64,000 bases of DNA from Octopus bimaculoides (Eukaryota): contig NC_068996.1 in the NCBI RefSeq assembly GCF_001194135.2, positions 44,674,604 to 44,738,603 on the forward strand. The letters run 5' to 3'. Under the pieces are notes generated by a model. That model was not told where the DNA came from, did not search any database, and saw only the letters and a list, made by a program, of their open reading frames with translations. Each line of letters starts with the position of its first letter. Within the stretch, counting starts at the first letter, position 1. A program made the translations under genes and the position numbers. Of the stretch, positions 50,258-64,000 are shown one piece after another.

Positions 50258-50650
50258 TTTTATTTGTTTCGGCCATATTGGAGCACTGTCTTGAAGCCTT
50301 TTAGTAGAACAATTCGATCCCAGGACTTATTTTTAAAGCCTAATACTTTATCTGTCGAGCTCTTTTGCCGAACCGCTAAGTTACGGAGATTTAAAACATT
50401 AAGGCCGGTCGTCAAGGAGTGATGCGGTGACAAGCACAGAGACGAAGACATACACACACATAAATATATATATATACATATATATTCGATGGGCTTCTTG
50501 CAGTTTCCATCCACCATGTGCACTTACAAGGCTTTGGTCGTCTCGAGGCTCTAGTAGAGGACACTTGCCCAAGGTTCCACACCATGGGACTGAAAGCAGA
50601 AACATGTGTTTGGGAAGCAAGCTTCTTACGGCACAACAACGCCTGCACCT
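50258..50650 (-). mobile_element. SINE family A, full length, diverged
   Basis: Direct similarity to other family A copies. Confidence 0.87.
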
Positions 50651-50929
50651 GTTTTGGAGATTCTCAAAACATGTGTTGTTTGGAAGTAGAACACCCCTAT
50701 AGGTTAGCTCCTAATGTACTCTGCTAAAATATAAATGGACATACACAGAAAGCCTTGAGAGCAGAGGAAAGCCGATCGTTGTCGTTGTATTCGGGTGAGT
50801 TGAAATGTAAGTGCTGTAATTGTTAAGCTGTTATTGTAAACCTGTTATTGCCAGAATTGTTACATTGTTATTGTTGAATTTGCTGGAATTTTTATTTGTC
50901 TTCCCCATTTATGGGTGAAGTTATGAATA

Positions 50930-51800
50930 ATAGACCAGTGCAAGCGGGCAGTTATGCAATTCCTTGAAAGAGAATTTAAAGACAAGAATTTAAAGAAGTA
51001 TAACGACTTGTTGAAAAAGGATGGAGACTGTCTTAGGCTGACGCCTCCCAAGGAAGTCAGTGAGAATACCGAGAAATGAACTATTATCTACAGAACGTTA
51101 AACATAAAAACGAAGGAGGTAGAAATAGCAGCGACGGAAGCAGTAGAGGAGTCTTTGAGAGAGGTGAAGGTATTTATCACGTTCTACACAAGAGGACGGA
51201 AATTCGGCACGGTAGAGGTGTGCATTGTAAAGGAAAATGAAGCAAAGAAATACTCCACTCTGGCCTTGATATGAGTTGAGTGGACACTACTGCCAACTTA
51301 CTGTAGCAAACGTGCGGCCATAGTAAGGATAGGTAGAGTGCCCCCTGAAATCGATGAGGCATGGCTGGTGGCAGCCATCCTCTACCATACAGAGGAAGAT
51401 GCAGAAATTTTGAAAATGTCCAAAACTACGGAGGTGAACCGCTGGGGATATGGGCTAGAGGTGACAGTCCATATAAGTCTGCCAGACCTCCATAAGATTG
51501 CAGAAGAGCTGATTTTGCTGGATGAGACTAGATTGAGGATTGATTGTTGTGGAGTGTAGATCTCCAATATGTGTTTTGTGTGGAGTAAGGGGACACCTGA
51601 AGGCCAAGTGTTCCCAGAAAGACAAAGAGGAAATAACAGAAATAGCAGGAAGATAGTACTGCCTTTGAGGAGGAGAAAATGGAGGAGCCATTTACGGTGG
51701 TGAAAAGAAATAAAAGAACTTAGAATCAACACCAAAAAGCCATAAGGAGAAAAAAGAAAGACAAACGAAGAAGAGAACAAGAAAGAAAATGGAAAAATGG
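50930..51800 (+). mobile_element. LINE ORF1 (gag-like) remnant, probably Tx1/L1-type
   Basis: Long semi-open frame ...IVRIGRVPPEIDEAWLVAAIL... followed by CVLCGVRGHLKAKC (CX2CX4HX4C knuckle) and a K/E-rich tail. Confidence 0.65.
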
Positions 51801-52624
51801 AAAACCAAATGAAAAATCAAGTGAAATGCGAACGCACGAACCGTCGCCTTCAACTAGTAAGGAAGAAGGAGTACGAAAGAGGGAAAGAAACGAAAGAGAC
51901 AGCGAAATAGAGACAGATACATTTATGACGGACAAAGAGAGTGGTAAAGGATATCAGAGAACGACACCTACAGGGAGAAATTTAAGAAGCCTCATAATAT
52001 ATGAAAAAGGCGTCGAAATTGAAAAGAGAGTAACAAAAATGAAAAATATTATTAGGGTAAAAATGGTAAACCATGAAGGTAAGAAGGGGGTACTGTTGGA
52101 GAGAGAAAGAGGGGAGTGTTTAATAGAACTATTTCGAAAGATTTGAAAAGAAACCATTTCAGTATAGATACGACGAGCTGCCGGCTGTTGTAATTTTTGA
52201 CGATATAATGCAGCATTTGTTGTAATTTTGTGTTAAGGAAAAGATACAAGGCTGTGAAGTAAAACTAATTTTTAAAAAAACAGTAAAATGAATCTACTTG
52301 CTTTGGGGCAAGTAAGTCATTTCATCCTCATCTTCATCATATTCACAAATCATCCGAAATGTATTTATATGGACCCGATGTCTTGTTTTGTCTGTCCTTG
52401 TGGTGTCCCCTCTTTATAAACGCCATGTGCCTAAATAAAGGAAATCCGAGTAAAGCCGAAAGTTGCGTATTGTGGAGGATTATTACCAGTATCTTGAGTA
52501 GAACGATTTTCAAGGACATTATTATTATCCCTTTATATCGTACGTCGAACGTGCGATACAATAATATGGTATCCTTAGCACCATTGTAAGTACAGACAAT
52601 ATTCTCAACAAACATACTGTTGCT

Positions 52625-53490
52625 CAAGCTTTATTACCTAATGGTGATACAAAATACTTTGAGATCCTAGGAGTAATACAAAGTAGACTCATGTAGCTTC
52701 CATGTTCACTTTGACCTTCAACAACTCATTAAGAAATGCAACATGAAATGTTGAAGAAACAGGTTTTCAGATAGCACGTTAATAAAACAGACATCATTCT
52801 GCAACTATTATAATGGATACATATTAGGCATATTATATAGCTTTTAATGCTGATACTGTCAAAGAAGCTCAACCATTACTTCAACGAGTAGGGGAAGCTG
52901 AAACAAATTTTATGGCTTGCAGTCAACCAAACGAATACATTATACCATCAAAAGGTGCAAACATGAAAAAGCCAAATTACCAAATTACTTAAAATATCTG
53001 GGATCATAGACAGAAAGCTCGAAGAGATATAATAGTGAAGTAAAAAATTACATTGGCAATGACACAAATAAAGGTGTCCGTAATATGAAAGTCAAAGTTA
53101 TCAGATTACTTTGAAATACAGTTTTGGAGACGCTGTAGAAAGTGCATTGATATATGGATCTCAATGCTGATACTCACAAAGGTAATGGAAAGCAGACTAA
53201 ATGGGATATAAAACAAGATATCAAAGAAGGTGAAGAACATTTCTTGAAAGTAACAATATATTATTTAAAAATATAATTTTATTAATGGAGACCCTCAAAC
53301 AAGACAACCACTGGGACACATTGGAGAAAAAAATTTTCGTTGTAGGTCAGCTCTTACTATGAGAACGAGCGTATAGTAAAAATGAAAGAAGAAAACCTTG
53401 TTGGATATGTGTGCAGTAATTGCAAGAGGACACAGATATTGTAGAGATGATAGAGGACAAGAAGGAGTGGAGGTATGGCCAACAGCATAT
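52625..53490 (+). mobile_element. RTE-clade LINE RT remnant, heavily decayed
   Basis: PNGDTKYFEIL.GV, DTVKEAQPLLQRV, KYLGS, AVESALIYGSQC. Confidence 0.72.
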
Positions 53491-53552
53491 CTGAGTGCGA
53501 TTAATATAGCATATCATCATATTTCATGCATACGCAAACATGTACACCTACG

Positions 53553-53601
<49 letters not shown>

Positions 53602-53619
53602 ACATACACACACACAATG

Positions 53620-53770
53620 AAAATTTACTGAAAAACAAAGACGAAGACAGGTGTAGGAACAACAAGCAGGTGCATTAGTTTGACGCTCAGGAAAATGAAA
53701 AAGTATTTTACGTTTCGAGCCTACGCTCTTTAACAAGAAAGGAATAAGAGAAAATAAATAGAGAAAAAAA
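53620..53770 (-). mobile_element. Second copy of the CUGUNGA hammerhead-like repeat; motif at 53706-53740
   Basis: Reverse complement: cctttcttgttaaagagcgtaggctcgaaacgtaaaatac...gagcgtcaaactaat. Confidence 0.75.
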
Positions 53771-53859
53771 CCGTGTTGATACGCACACGCATCTCAGACA
53801 TATTTACCTATACATGTGCATATGTAAGTTTGTGTGTATATATAAGCATGGATATTCTT

Positions 53860-54550
<691 letters not shown>

Positions 54551-54714
54551 CTTGTATTTATATACATATGTACATTCATAATGCACACACGCACACACAC
54601 ACACATATATGCGTATACATACATATATGTGTGTATATAATGCAACGATTTCCTCCACCGATCAAAGAAAAGTTTTGGCCAACTAAACCTAAGCGATACT
54701 TACAAAGAAGATGG

Positions 54715-54753
54715 TCTTCTTCTTCATCTTCCAATTCTTCTTCTTTTTTCTTC

Positions 54754-54791
<38 letters not shown>

Positions 54792-54793
54792 GC

Positions 54794-54827
<34 letters not shown>

Positions 54828-54865
54828 CTTCTTCTTCTTCTTCTTCTTCTTCTTCTTCTTCTTCT
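54715..54865. repeat. (CTT)n/(GTT)n microsatellite
   Basis: Seen directly. Confidence 0.97.
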
Positions 54866-55385
54866 AACAAATAAACAAAGACACACGCACCCTTTGTCAG
54901 CCGAAGGATGTTTCAGGCAACGCCGGTATTACTTCTTCCTACCACTTACTAAGTATACAATTTGAATTTGCTAACTGCAGTGCTAAAATCTACAGACTTA
55001 GACCACCACCAAAATTTCACAGACTCTTTACAATACAATGCAAAGAAACAAATCAAAAGTCCATGACACCTTAATTATTCGTTCGCTCGGAGTCCATTTA
55101 ATAAATGAATATAAATATAAATATTAAAAAAAACAAAAACAAAAACAATAACTGAAAAAAATAGAACTAAAAATAAATTGTTGATGCTCGTTCAAACAAT
55201 CAATCATATTATATTATTAGGCGTTCGATATTTGTAACAAGCCTAATAACAAACATAAACAGTTAAAATTGAAAACGTAATAATTAAGAAGAGTAGAGTC
55301 CGTTAGACATACGCACGTTTGCATACAAACATATGTATGAATGTAATACATCACCATACAAGCACATACACACGGACGCTTGCGT

Positions 55386-55422
<37 letters not shown>

Positions 55423-55514
55423 TGTATATATATATGTATATATACATATATTCACACACATATATACATAACTAAATACGCTAAATACGTATATAAATAT
55501 AAATATTTATGCGC

Positions 55515-55602
<88 letters not shown>

Positions 55603-55713
55603 ATATACATACATATATATATATACGTACATACATACATAGATATATATATATATATACGTACATACATATAATCTAAATAAATGTACATCATATATAT
55701 ATACATACGCACG

Positions 55714-55751
<38 letters not shown>

Positions 55752-56534
55752 AATGAATATATCTGAGCCTGTAGGTTTGTTTGTATGTGCAAAAGCATGT
55801 ATCTTTGCACGCATGCATGAGTGAGTATGTAAGTATGTGCGTGTGTGTGTACGTGTATGTGTGCGTACGTGCGCGTGTGGATGAGTAAGAGACCAGTACA
55901 TCGAAACTAATAATTACAAACCAATTAGATGTCTATATCTAATGTGAAATCTAGCGAATATCGTTGAAAGTATATTATCACTTGTCAGTATACTTTAATT
56001 GCTCTGAGAAACAGTGAGAGTAAATGCGGTCGGTTGTGGAACAGAATAGGAAGTGGTATGTATTAGAGCGGGTCGGCTGGAACAGAGATGTGATATTAAG
56101 TAGAGAAATCAATACACCTCTTCCATTACACTTGTCTGTATATATGCTGGGTTTCTTTATGCTTATTACTTTTAAGAGCAGCGTCTAGTCTCGCTGCTTC
56201 AGAAGAAAAATAGACTGAGAATAAATAAACGAATGAATAGATAAATAAATAAATACGTAAATAAGAAGAATTTATTATTATTATTATTTTTAAGTAGAAA
56301 GCTATTACGAAAGGACTAGGGAAAGAAATATCGAGAGACAAATAGATAAATAGATAGATATACAAATGAAAGATCAATCAATTGATACAAGAAGATTAAT
56401 AGACTGGCAGACAGTCAGAGGAATTGAAAACAAACATATATCTATACACACATATATATACACTCTAAGTGCTTATATAGGTGCTTATACTCTATGTGTT
56501 TATATATGTGCTTATATATATATATATATATATC

Positions 56535-56575
<41 letters not shown>

Positions 56576-56838
56576 NNNNNNNNNNNNNNNNNNNNNNNNN
56601 NNNNNNNNNNNNNNNNNNNNNNNNNNNNNNNNNNNNNNNNNNNNNNNNNNNNNNNNNNNNNNNNNNNNNNNNNNNNNNNNNNNNNNNNNNNNNNNNNNNN
56701 NNNNNNNNNNNNNNNNNNNNNNNNNNNNNNNNNNNNNNNNNNNNNNNNNNNNNNNNNNNNNNNNNNNNNNNNNNNNNNNNNNNNNNNNNNNNNNNNNNNN
56801 NNNNNNNNNNNNNNNNNNNNNNNNNNNNNNNNNNNNNN

Positions 56839-56882
<44 letters not shown>

Positions 56883-57033
56883 ATTATCAACCACACATAC
56901 CGAAAGCATATACAACGCGTATTTGCCGACAAGCTTTTGATGAGATGGAGAATACTTCCTTAAAGCGTCGGGTGTTAAAACACCTGAAATTCATAAGCAG
57001 GCGAGAGAACTCACCTCTAATCCCATCTCGGAA

Positions 57034-57078
57034 TGATGGACATCGATGTTTCGTCATTTTTATGGCTTATCAATATCA
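57034..57078 (-). ncRNA. Type I hammerhead motif, decayed
   Basis: UGAUA-UUGAUAA-GCCAU(aaaa)AUGAC-GAAAC-AUCGAU-GUC^-CAUCA. Palindromic ACAUCGAUGU stem III and two core transitions. Confidence 0.6.
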
Positions 57079-57799
57079 CTGAGATAAACCAGCGGACAAA
57101 CGCACATACACCCAATAACAGCGAAGGCAAAAACAACACTAATAAAATAAACAAGAACAACAAATTGCACTCACATAGTGAACATCAAAAATAAAGCATA
57201 GCGCAAACTGGAGACATACTAACATTGCGAAAGTAATATAGCACTTACATAGCACAACATAGCACTTACACAGAGCAAAGTGGAGACTTGGTAACAGAGG
57301 ACTCGATATCAAAGAGAGAGAGAGAGAGAGAGAGAGAAAGTGTTTCGCAGATTGCTTTGACTACTCCTGCGTTAGGGCATCGAAGAGGCAAGATTTCCAG
57401 AGAACCTTACACAGAGAAGACTATAACAAAACAACGATTCGGGCTTTGACACAACGTGAGTGGTGCGTGCTACTCGGTTGCAAGCAGTTATATGTTCGGT
57501 CTCAGGGGCAATTTGTTTAAATATTTGGAGCTTTTTATTTCTATGTAACTCCGAGTGAAAATAGTTTCATATTTTCGGGAACATCACTTGCTAACTTGTC
57601 TTTGACTAAAGTAAAACTTGTATGAAGGTAAGAAAAAAATGTTGTTATGTGTGTATGTATATATGTATAAGTGTGTGTGTGTGTGTATGTGTGTGTGTGT
57701 GCGTGGTCGTCTGTTTTCAATCATTTAATTCCTTCACCCGAAGAAAGAGCTGGTTTCTAACAAAGATATAAAACTCCATCTTTGGAATGGAGGTAACGA

Positions 57800-58860
57800 A
57801 AACAATGTCACATTTTAAACTTGAGAAAAGCCTGTTCCACTTACAGACTGTATTTGTAACGTTCGACGTAATTGGTTGGTTTCTTTTTCTGAAAACCTCA
57901 GCTTATCCTGATTGTCATTTAGGCATTTACTCACAAAACCAAGTGCACCAATCATTATTGGTATAAATGTAAATTTGTAATCTAGATATAGAAGCTGGAG
58001 GTTTCGAAGTAGTTATCCATAGTTATGTTCTTTATCTTTGATTTTCAATGAGATATTTCACATCAGCAGAACAGCTGATCTCAATGACAAAGCACTTTTT
58101 CATGTTTGTCTCGAGCAGTTATATCTAGCCTGTTCTTCTACTTACAATTGATAGATGGTTTGATGGAAATGTTCCATCGGTATTCCTTGTGTTGATGTTT
58201 GTGTAATTATTCAACAACAGCGAGATTCTTCATATTTATTTCAGGACAGTCTTTTTTTTTTCTGAATGGCATTGTATATTGTTTTTGCAACAACGTCGTA
58301 TCGCATGGGGAGTTAATACCTTGATGACATTTTGGGACTGCTTTTAAACACATGTGTGTCTTCCACAGAAATACGACATAATCTACATATCATCTTGGAG
58401 CTGTAAGGGCTTCACTGTCTTTTTCGTTTATTATTTAGTTTATTGGGTATTTCGTAGTAATCTTCTGTCCTTGGATTGCATAGACTTTGAAGCGGTCACG
58501 AGTACAAGAGAGACTTCACTTCATGTCAATGTAACTATCTTCAGGAACATAGCCACGCATCGTCTTTTGTGGGATTGAGAGGATGCTGAGCGTTTCTTAT
58601 CCAAGTCTTCTTTGAGATATATTAACCCGGCTGTTTTAAGATTGTGTAGGAGGGAATCAGGAAGAAAGTACTTCCTGAGGAGCTAGCTACTGACACGCAG
58701 GATACGGTTTTCTTCAATTTTCAGCACTAAGTTAATGTATTTATCTTTTGTTTAGCAAGTGCTGTCTGAGAGAGACTATACGACTTCCAAAGACTGTCTG
58801 CAGTGAGTTCAAGCCTCTACCTCCACTATTTTCTCTTAGGCAGAGCCTGTCGATATCACT
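57800..58860 (-). mobile_element. RLE-type (R4-like) non-LTR retrotransposon 3' remnant
   Basis: CPKMSSRY*LPMRYDVVAKTIYNAI, NRLDI, IEISCSAD, LLRNLQLLYLDYKFTFIPIMIGALGFV. Confidence 0.72.
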
Positions 58861-58939
58861 ATTTTTCGGGAGGTTTCAGGTTTAATGTTAATATCAAGCG
58901 GGTTTTAAACTCTATGGAGTGGATTTCTTCTACAGACCA

Positions 58940-59335
58940 CGTATGTATGTATGTATGTATGTATGTATGTATGTATGTATGTATGTATGTATGTATGTAC
59001 GTACGTACGTACGTATGTATGTACGTACGTATGTATGTATGTATGTATGTATATGTATGTATGTATGTATGAATGTATGTATTATGTATGTATGTACGTA
59101 TGCATGTATGCATGTATGTATATATGCCTGTCTATGTGTATGTATGCATATGTATATGCATGTATGTACACACACTCACACGCACGCACCTACATCCCCA
59201 CACATATATGTATGTATGTATGTGTATGTATGTGTATGTATGTGTATGTATGTATGTATATATATATTATGTATGCATGTATGTATGTATGTATGTATGT
59301 ATATATGTATGTATGTTTGTATGTATGTATGCATG
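58940..59335. repeat. (TATG)n microsatellite field
   Basis: Seen directly. Confidence 0.97.
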
Positions 59336-59865
59336 CATAGAAAATTTCTACATCTTTGACCGTAAATATAATCTTAGTGAGCATTCTGGTGGTTTTCCTA
59401 AATGTTATTTTCTAATCTTGCTAATTCCTCTAACTTCAAGTTGAGAATATTCATAACCTTAACTAATTCTCGGATCAGCTAGGTATTAATTTTGGTCGGG
59501 TTATGTATTCATGTAATGCCATCAATAATATCTCCCTCCCCCCGCCACCCGTCACTTACCTTTTCTTTACTTTCTATGCATTATACGTTTTGTATTCGAT
59601 ATATTCCTAAGAATGTCTAAGCCTGACTTTGTTTAATCTCTGTTCCATTACTTAACATAGTATTCCTGCTTTTAATTCTTTTCTCTAAGATATATCCAAT
59701 GCATTATTCAAAACCGTAATTCTTTCTATGTAATTTCGTAAACTGCATGTAGAAAAATTCCATGGTCTGCCAAAAATCGGTTCGTAGATTACGTGTCACT
59801 TTTCTCTTCTATCGCGAGAACCACTCGAAAGAGCGTTCATACTCGCTCATTATGATGGCCTGTCT

Positions 59866-60283
59866 CAATTTCCATTTAACGAACTCATCAATCCGGTTAT
59901 TGCGATCAATTTCCGTTTATATAACTCGTAAATCCTGTTATTTCCACAAATTTCCATTTAACTCACTCGTCAATCCGGTTATTGTGATCATTTCGATATA
60001 AGTTATTCGTTAATCCAGTTATTGTGATCATTTTCCATTCAACTGACTCGTCAATCCTGTTATTGCCATCAATTTAACTAACTCACCATCCCATTTAACT
60101 AACTCACAAACCCGGTTATTGTGATCAATTTCCAATTAACTCATTCATTGATCCAGTTATGCTCATCAATTTGCATCTGGTTAATCCGGTTATTATGATC
60201 ACTTTTCCATTTAAATAACGCATTAATCTGGTTATTGTGATCAACTTCCATTTACCTAACTCATTAATCTGGTCATTGTGACC
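59866..60283. repeat. Minisatellite with a unit of about 41 bp, about 10-11 diverged copies
   Basis: Approximate consensus caatttccatttaactaactcattaatccggttattgtgat. Confidence 0.9.
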
Positions 60284-60952
60284 TTTTCGTGTCTCAAAAT
60301 AGTATTTAGTTTTTCCGTACCATATCTTAAGGTCCTAACTAAAGTGATTATTACAAATTAGAAACTGGAGTTTTTTATCCAGATACCTGAATGAATACCT
60401 ATAAGTAACATCTATCTATATTCTATGTTCAAATCCAACAACGGTAGATTTTGACTTTTCTTTAATATGGATTTGATTAAACAAATATCAGTGCAGTTCT
60501 GCTAGTGGAAGTAAACTCGCTTAAATAGACTGACTGCATTCTCGTCCCGAAGTATGTTACAGTATAATATTCCCTTCATCCGGCGCTGCTCTCACATAAA
60601 TGAAATCATTTTATTGTGTAGTAGTTTTTTTTATTACCTCGTCTGAAATACCTTCAGCAAAGGCTTTCAAATGAATAACGGTAGCTTTATCTACATAATG
60701 CACGCTGATAAATCTACAGCAAATAATTTAGCAAAAATATGAAAATACTTTAAAACGTGTATATAAATTTGAAAAGAAAATATTCCAGATGCAGCCATCT
60801 TTCTGGGCCCTAAAAGACAAGTAAATTAAAAAAAAAAAAGACATTCTCAGAATGAAAATAAGGGTATCTGAAGTAAAATAGTTAAAAAGAATACATTATG
60901 AAAATACAAGTAACGAACACAATACGACTAACAATAATAAAAACATTCGTAA

Positions 60953-61089
60953 GCGTGGCTGTGTGATAAGAAGCTTGCTTCCCAACCACATGGTTCCGGT
61001 TTCAATCTCACTGCATGGCACCTTGGGCAAGTGTTTTCTACTATAGTAGTAAAAAGCCCTCTGAGTGGATTTGGTAGACGGAAGCCTTC

Positions 61090-61095
<6 letters not shown>
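60953..61095 (+). mobile_element. SINE family A head running into (TG)n
   Basis: gtggctgtgtgataagaagcttgcttcccaacc...ccttgggcaagtg. Confidence 0.85.
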
Positions 61096-61134
<39 letters not shown>

Positions 61135-61144
61135 NNNNNNNNNN

Positions 61145-61187
<43 letters not shown>

Positions 61188-61254
61188 ATGGTATATGTGT
61201 GTATAATGACCAACGCATACGTTTACACAATTCTCATAAGGAAAGCAATTAGGA

Positions 61255-63400
61255 CCCAGGTTACGTGAAGTCATTTAGCTTCCTTATTTATGTGCTAGCA
61301 TAGAGTGTAGCTTTCATCCTCATTGTACAGTTATATTGCTTTTCTTTCCAATGCGAAACAGTACAATTTTGATTGGAACCTGTTCAAGAGATGTTGACAG
61401 AGTTTTGCTCTTGTCAACACAGTTGATGGCCTTATGACGGCAAGATCATCGACATAGACAAAACCAAACAAGTAGTGACTCTACTGACATCTTGATCACT
61501 TCTAGTTGATGGTGATGCCTTTGTCTTGGATGAGGTTCAGAATTTGCCCAAGAATATAACCCATTACAATTACATAAACAAATCGCACTGCTTATTGAAG
61601 AATTCCTCCTGTTGTTGGAATTGAAGGATTCCCGAAGGAGATTCCTGCTGCTGTTGGAAACACTTTGGTTGGATTATCTGTCCTTCATATAAAACTTGGT
61701 CTCCTTTAGATGATGGTAATGGCTTTGACAGTGTCTTTTGCGATGTTGTATTTCAAAAGGATATATGACACGATCTGTCTGTTGACTATCAAAAGCATTA
61801 GAGTAATACAAAATACAATCGACATCTTTACGTTGGATATTTTGAGTTCTCCGATTCTTCTAAAATTAAAGATATGCGGTTAGTTTAGTTCTCTTTATGA
61901 AAACTGTTTCGGTTTCATCGTGGGATGGGATCGATAGAAACAGTTATTCCTTTAAGGAGCAATACAAATGTAGACTTTTAGATTAGAAGTCAGAGTGCAA
62001 TTCCTCTGAAAGAAGTAAGGATTCCTTTTGCATGAAAGAATAATTGGCGACTTCAAGAAGGCTGACGTTTTGTGTATGTTATAAGTGTCGTCACAGAAGT
62101 CTAGCCAGCGTTCGTCGAGAACTGATTCTTCACGACGAACCAGGGTTGATATCTGAACCTGATGTCTTAAACTTGTTAGGTATTTTGAACTTCTTATCTG
62201 TTATGTATTTTAATTAGTCGTTCAGCATCAATAGCCAAACTGCTGCTTAGTTGTTGAAGGAAGTATCGCCGTAAAGTTTGGTATTATGCAGCAAAAAGCA
62301 AGTGTTCGGTTGGATCTCTGGAGAAGCTCTTTTCCTGTTAAGTTGGCTCACAGTTGGCCAGGCGGTTTTAGACCCCCTGCAAGCTCCTGTTGCTTACTTG
62401 ATTGCGTTATCAAGTATTTTATTTGAATCAAGGTTCTATTGTACTTGCTGAGCCGAACTAGATCGACATTTTGACGTTAATGCTTTCAAAATTTAAATGG
62501 CTATTATAATTTTCTCATAGAAGTAAAGCTTATGTTTTCTTTGACTTATTTGGGAGCAATTCTAATGCTATATTTCTGCTAGTAGTGATTAAAACGCCGG
62601 ATACAGCATTACTATTCTTGTCCTCAAGCCTGTCAAAAAATGTCGTCTGTCTGTAAATCAATACAACTATAAACTTCTTACACAGTTTACCTGCTATGTT
62701 TATTTCAAATTGATCTCATCAGATTTCTGGAAGATAATTTGTACGTGCGTTAGCTGATACTTTGTACATGGTGTTTACATAAAACAATTTTGTGGTCACA
62801 TTTAACACATTCAAACAAATATTTCTAATACTATCAACCCACTCTGTTTTTGACCAGGATTGTTGAGCAAAGCTACCATATGTATGCCGATATATCCGGT
62901 GTTTACCTGCACGTTCTGAAACTTTGTATTAGTAGCCACTAAGCTGTGCTATTACTGAAGTCTTTCAAGTGCTTATAATCTCTATTTTTATTGTAATGGT
63001 ACGCCCTGCCTGAGTGTTAAACTCCTCACCCAACACACTACTTTTGTGTTGAGATTGCTCTGTGTTCGGTGGCTCCTAACAATATTACTAAACAAAAATA
63101 CTTCTGGTAACTCTTTATGCTGTTTGCAAAAACAAAGAGCAGTATTTACTGATTTCCTCAGCAATGTGACTTTTATGGAATATTCAGTGCATATCGTAAT
63201 ACCGAGGGAAGAATTTTGAAGAATCCAGGACAACAATTCCTCCGGACACTGAAATTACTAAATTACCACCAGAGCTTTCCACAACAATAGCGATGTAGGC
63301 CGCTTCCAACTAAAACTAAAAAGAAAAGGTAAAGGCTCAACATCAATCTAAATACTATTTGGGTGCTGCATTGTGATCCTTCGGTAATATCTAATATCTA
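61255..63400 (-). mobile_element. RTE-clade LINE remnant (APE and RT pieces), heavily decayed
   Basis: LVATNTKFQ (APE), AFDS..RQIVSYILLKYNIAKDTVKAI, and VYVDDLAV (RT). Confidence 0.7.
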
Positions 63401-63967
63401 CCAAGTGTCAATGTGCATTCATAGAATAAGTCTGAATACAGTGAGCAAGTAGGATCATGCGAGCCGGACTGGGACTTTTCACAAATTAGCCCAAGAGACA
63501 TAGACTTTTAATTAGAAGAGATGCACGGATTTACCGCACCACAATATTACAGATAAAGGTTTCACCTCACGAACTGAGTAATCACACGGCTATTTCATGA
63601 CATAACTTTACAATTACACTCACATAGATTGCCGAATTTGTCTGTCTTGAACGAAAGATCTCTGCATTGGATCGCACATTTAAATGTTTACTAAATTCTC
63701 GGAAACATTTTCTTTCGTAAAACACTTTCAGTCGAGTTAAAGTATTGTATCTTCATTTTGTCTTTCACTGTGTATGCATGTTTGGAGTGAGAATATATGG
63801 GTACACGCTCTTTAACTAAATAAAACTTACGCGCAACACACACACACACACGTATATTTCTTTGTGAAAGCACATGTATATATGTGTGTATGTATGCACA
63901 CACACACATACACCCCTATATTTATACATATACACAAACATTCAACAATTTGTATGTAAGTAAATAT

Positions 63968-64000
<33 letters not shown>

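Noticed and set aside
59866-60283. CRISPR-like array
   Set aside because: Diverged tandem units with no unique spacers, no cas genes, and a eukaryotic context.

Overview
AT-rich, microsatellite-dense eukaryotic DNA with about 20 assembly gaps. The SINE families and repeat style suggest a coleoid cephalopod, probably Octopus; this is inference, not a database result. I found no convincing host protein-coding exon, and nearly all listed ORFs are microsatellite, gap or transposon artefacts. The window is a mosaic of decayed mobile DNA: two mariner elements, Tx1/L1, CR1, RTE and R4-type LINE remnants, a Ty3/Gypsy deletion derivative, hAT and piggyBac-type MITEs, and about 25 tRNA-derived SINE copies in four families. 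The main unexplained signal is a set of minimal type I hammerhead ribozyme motifs. There are ten motifs in about six sequence variants, all with a short palindromic helix III, the form known from Penelope-like elements and retrozymes. One (5057-5099, +) has a fully canonical core. One family is attached to a tRNA-derived Pol III head, forming a hammerhead-bearing SINE. Three loci show the same head-to-head inverted duplication geometry, producing long RNA hairpins. Coordinates of decayed repeats were read by eye and are approximate.
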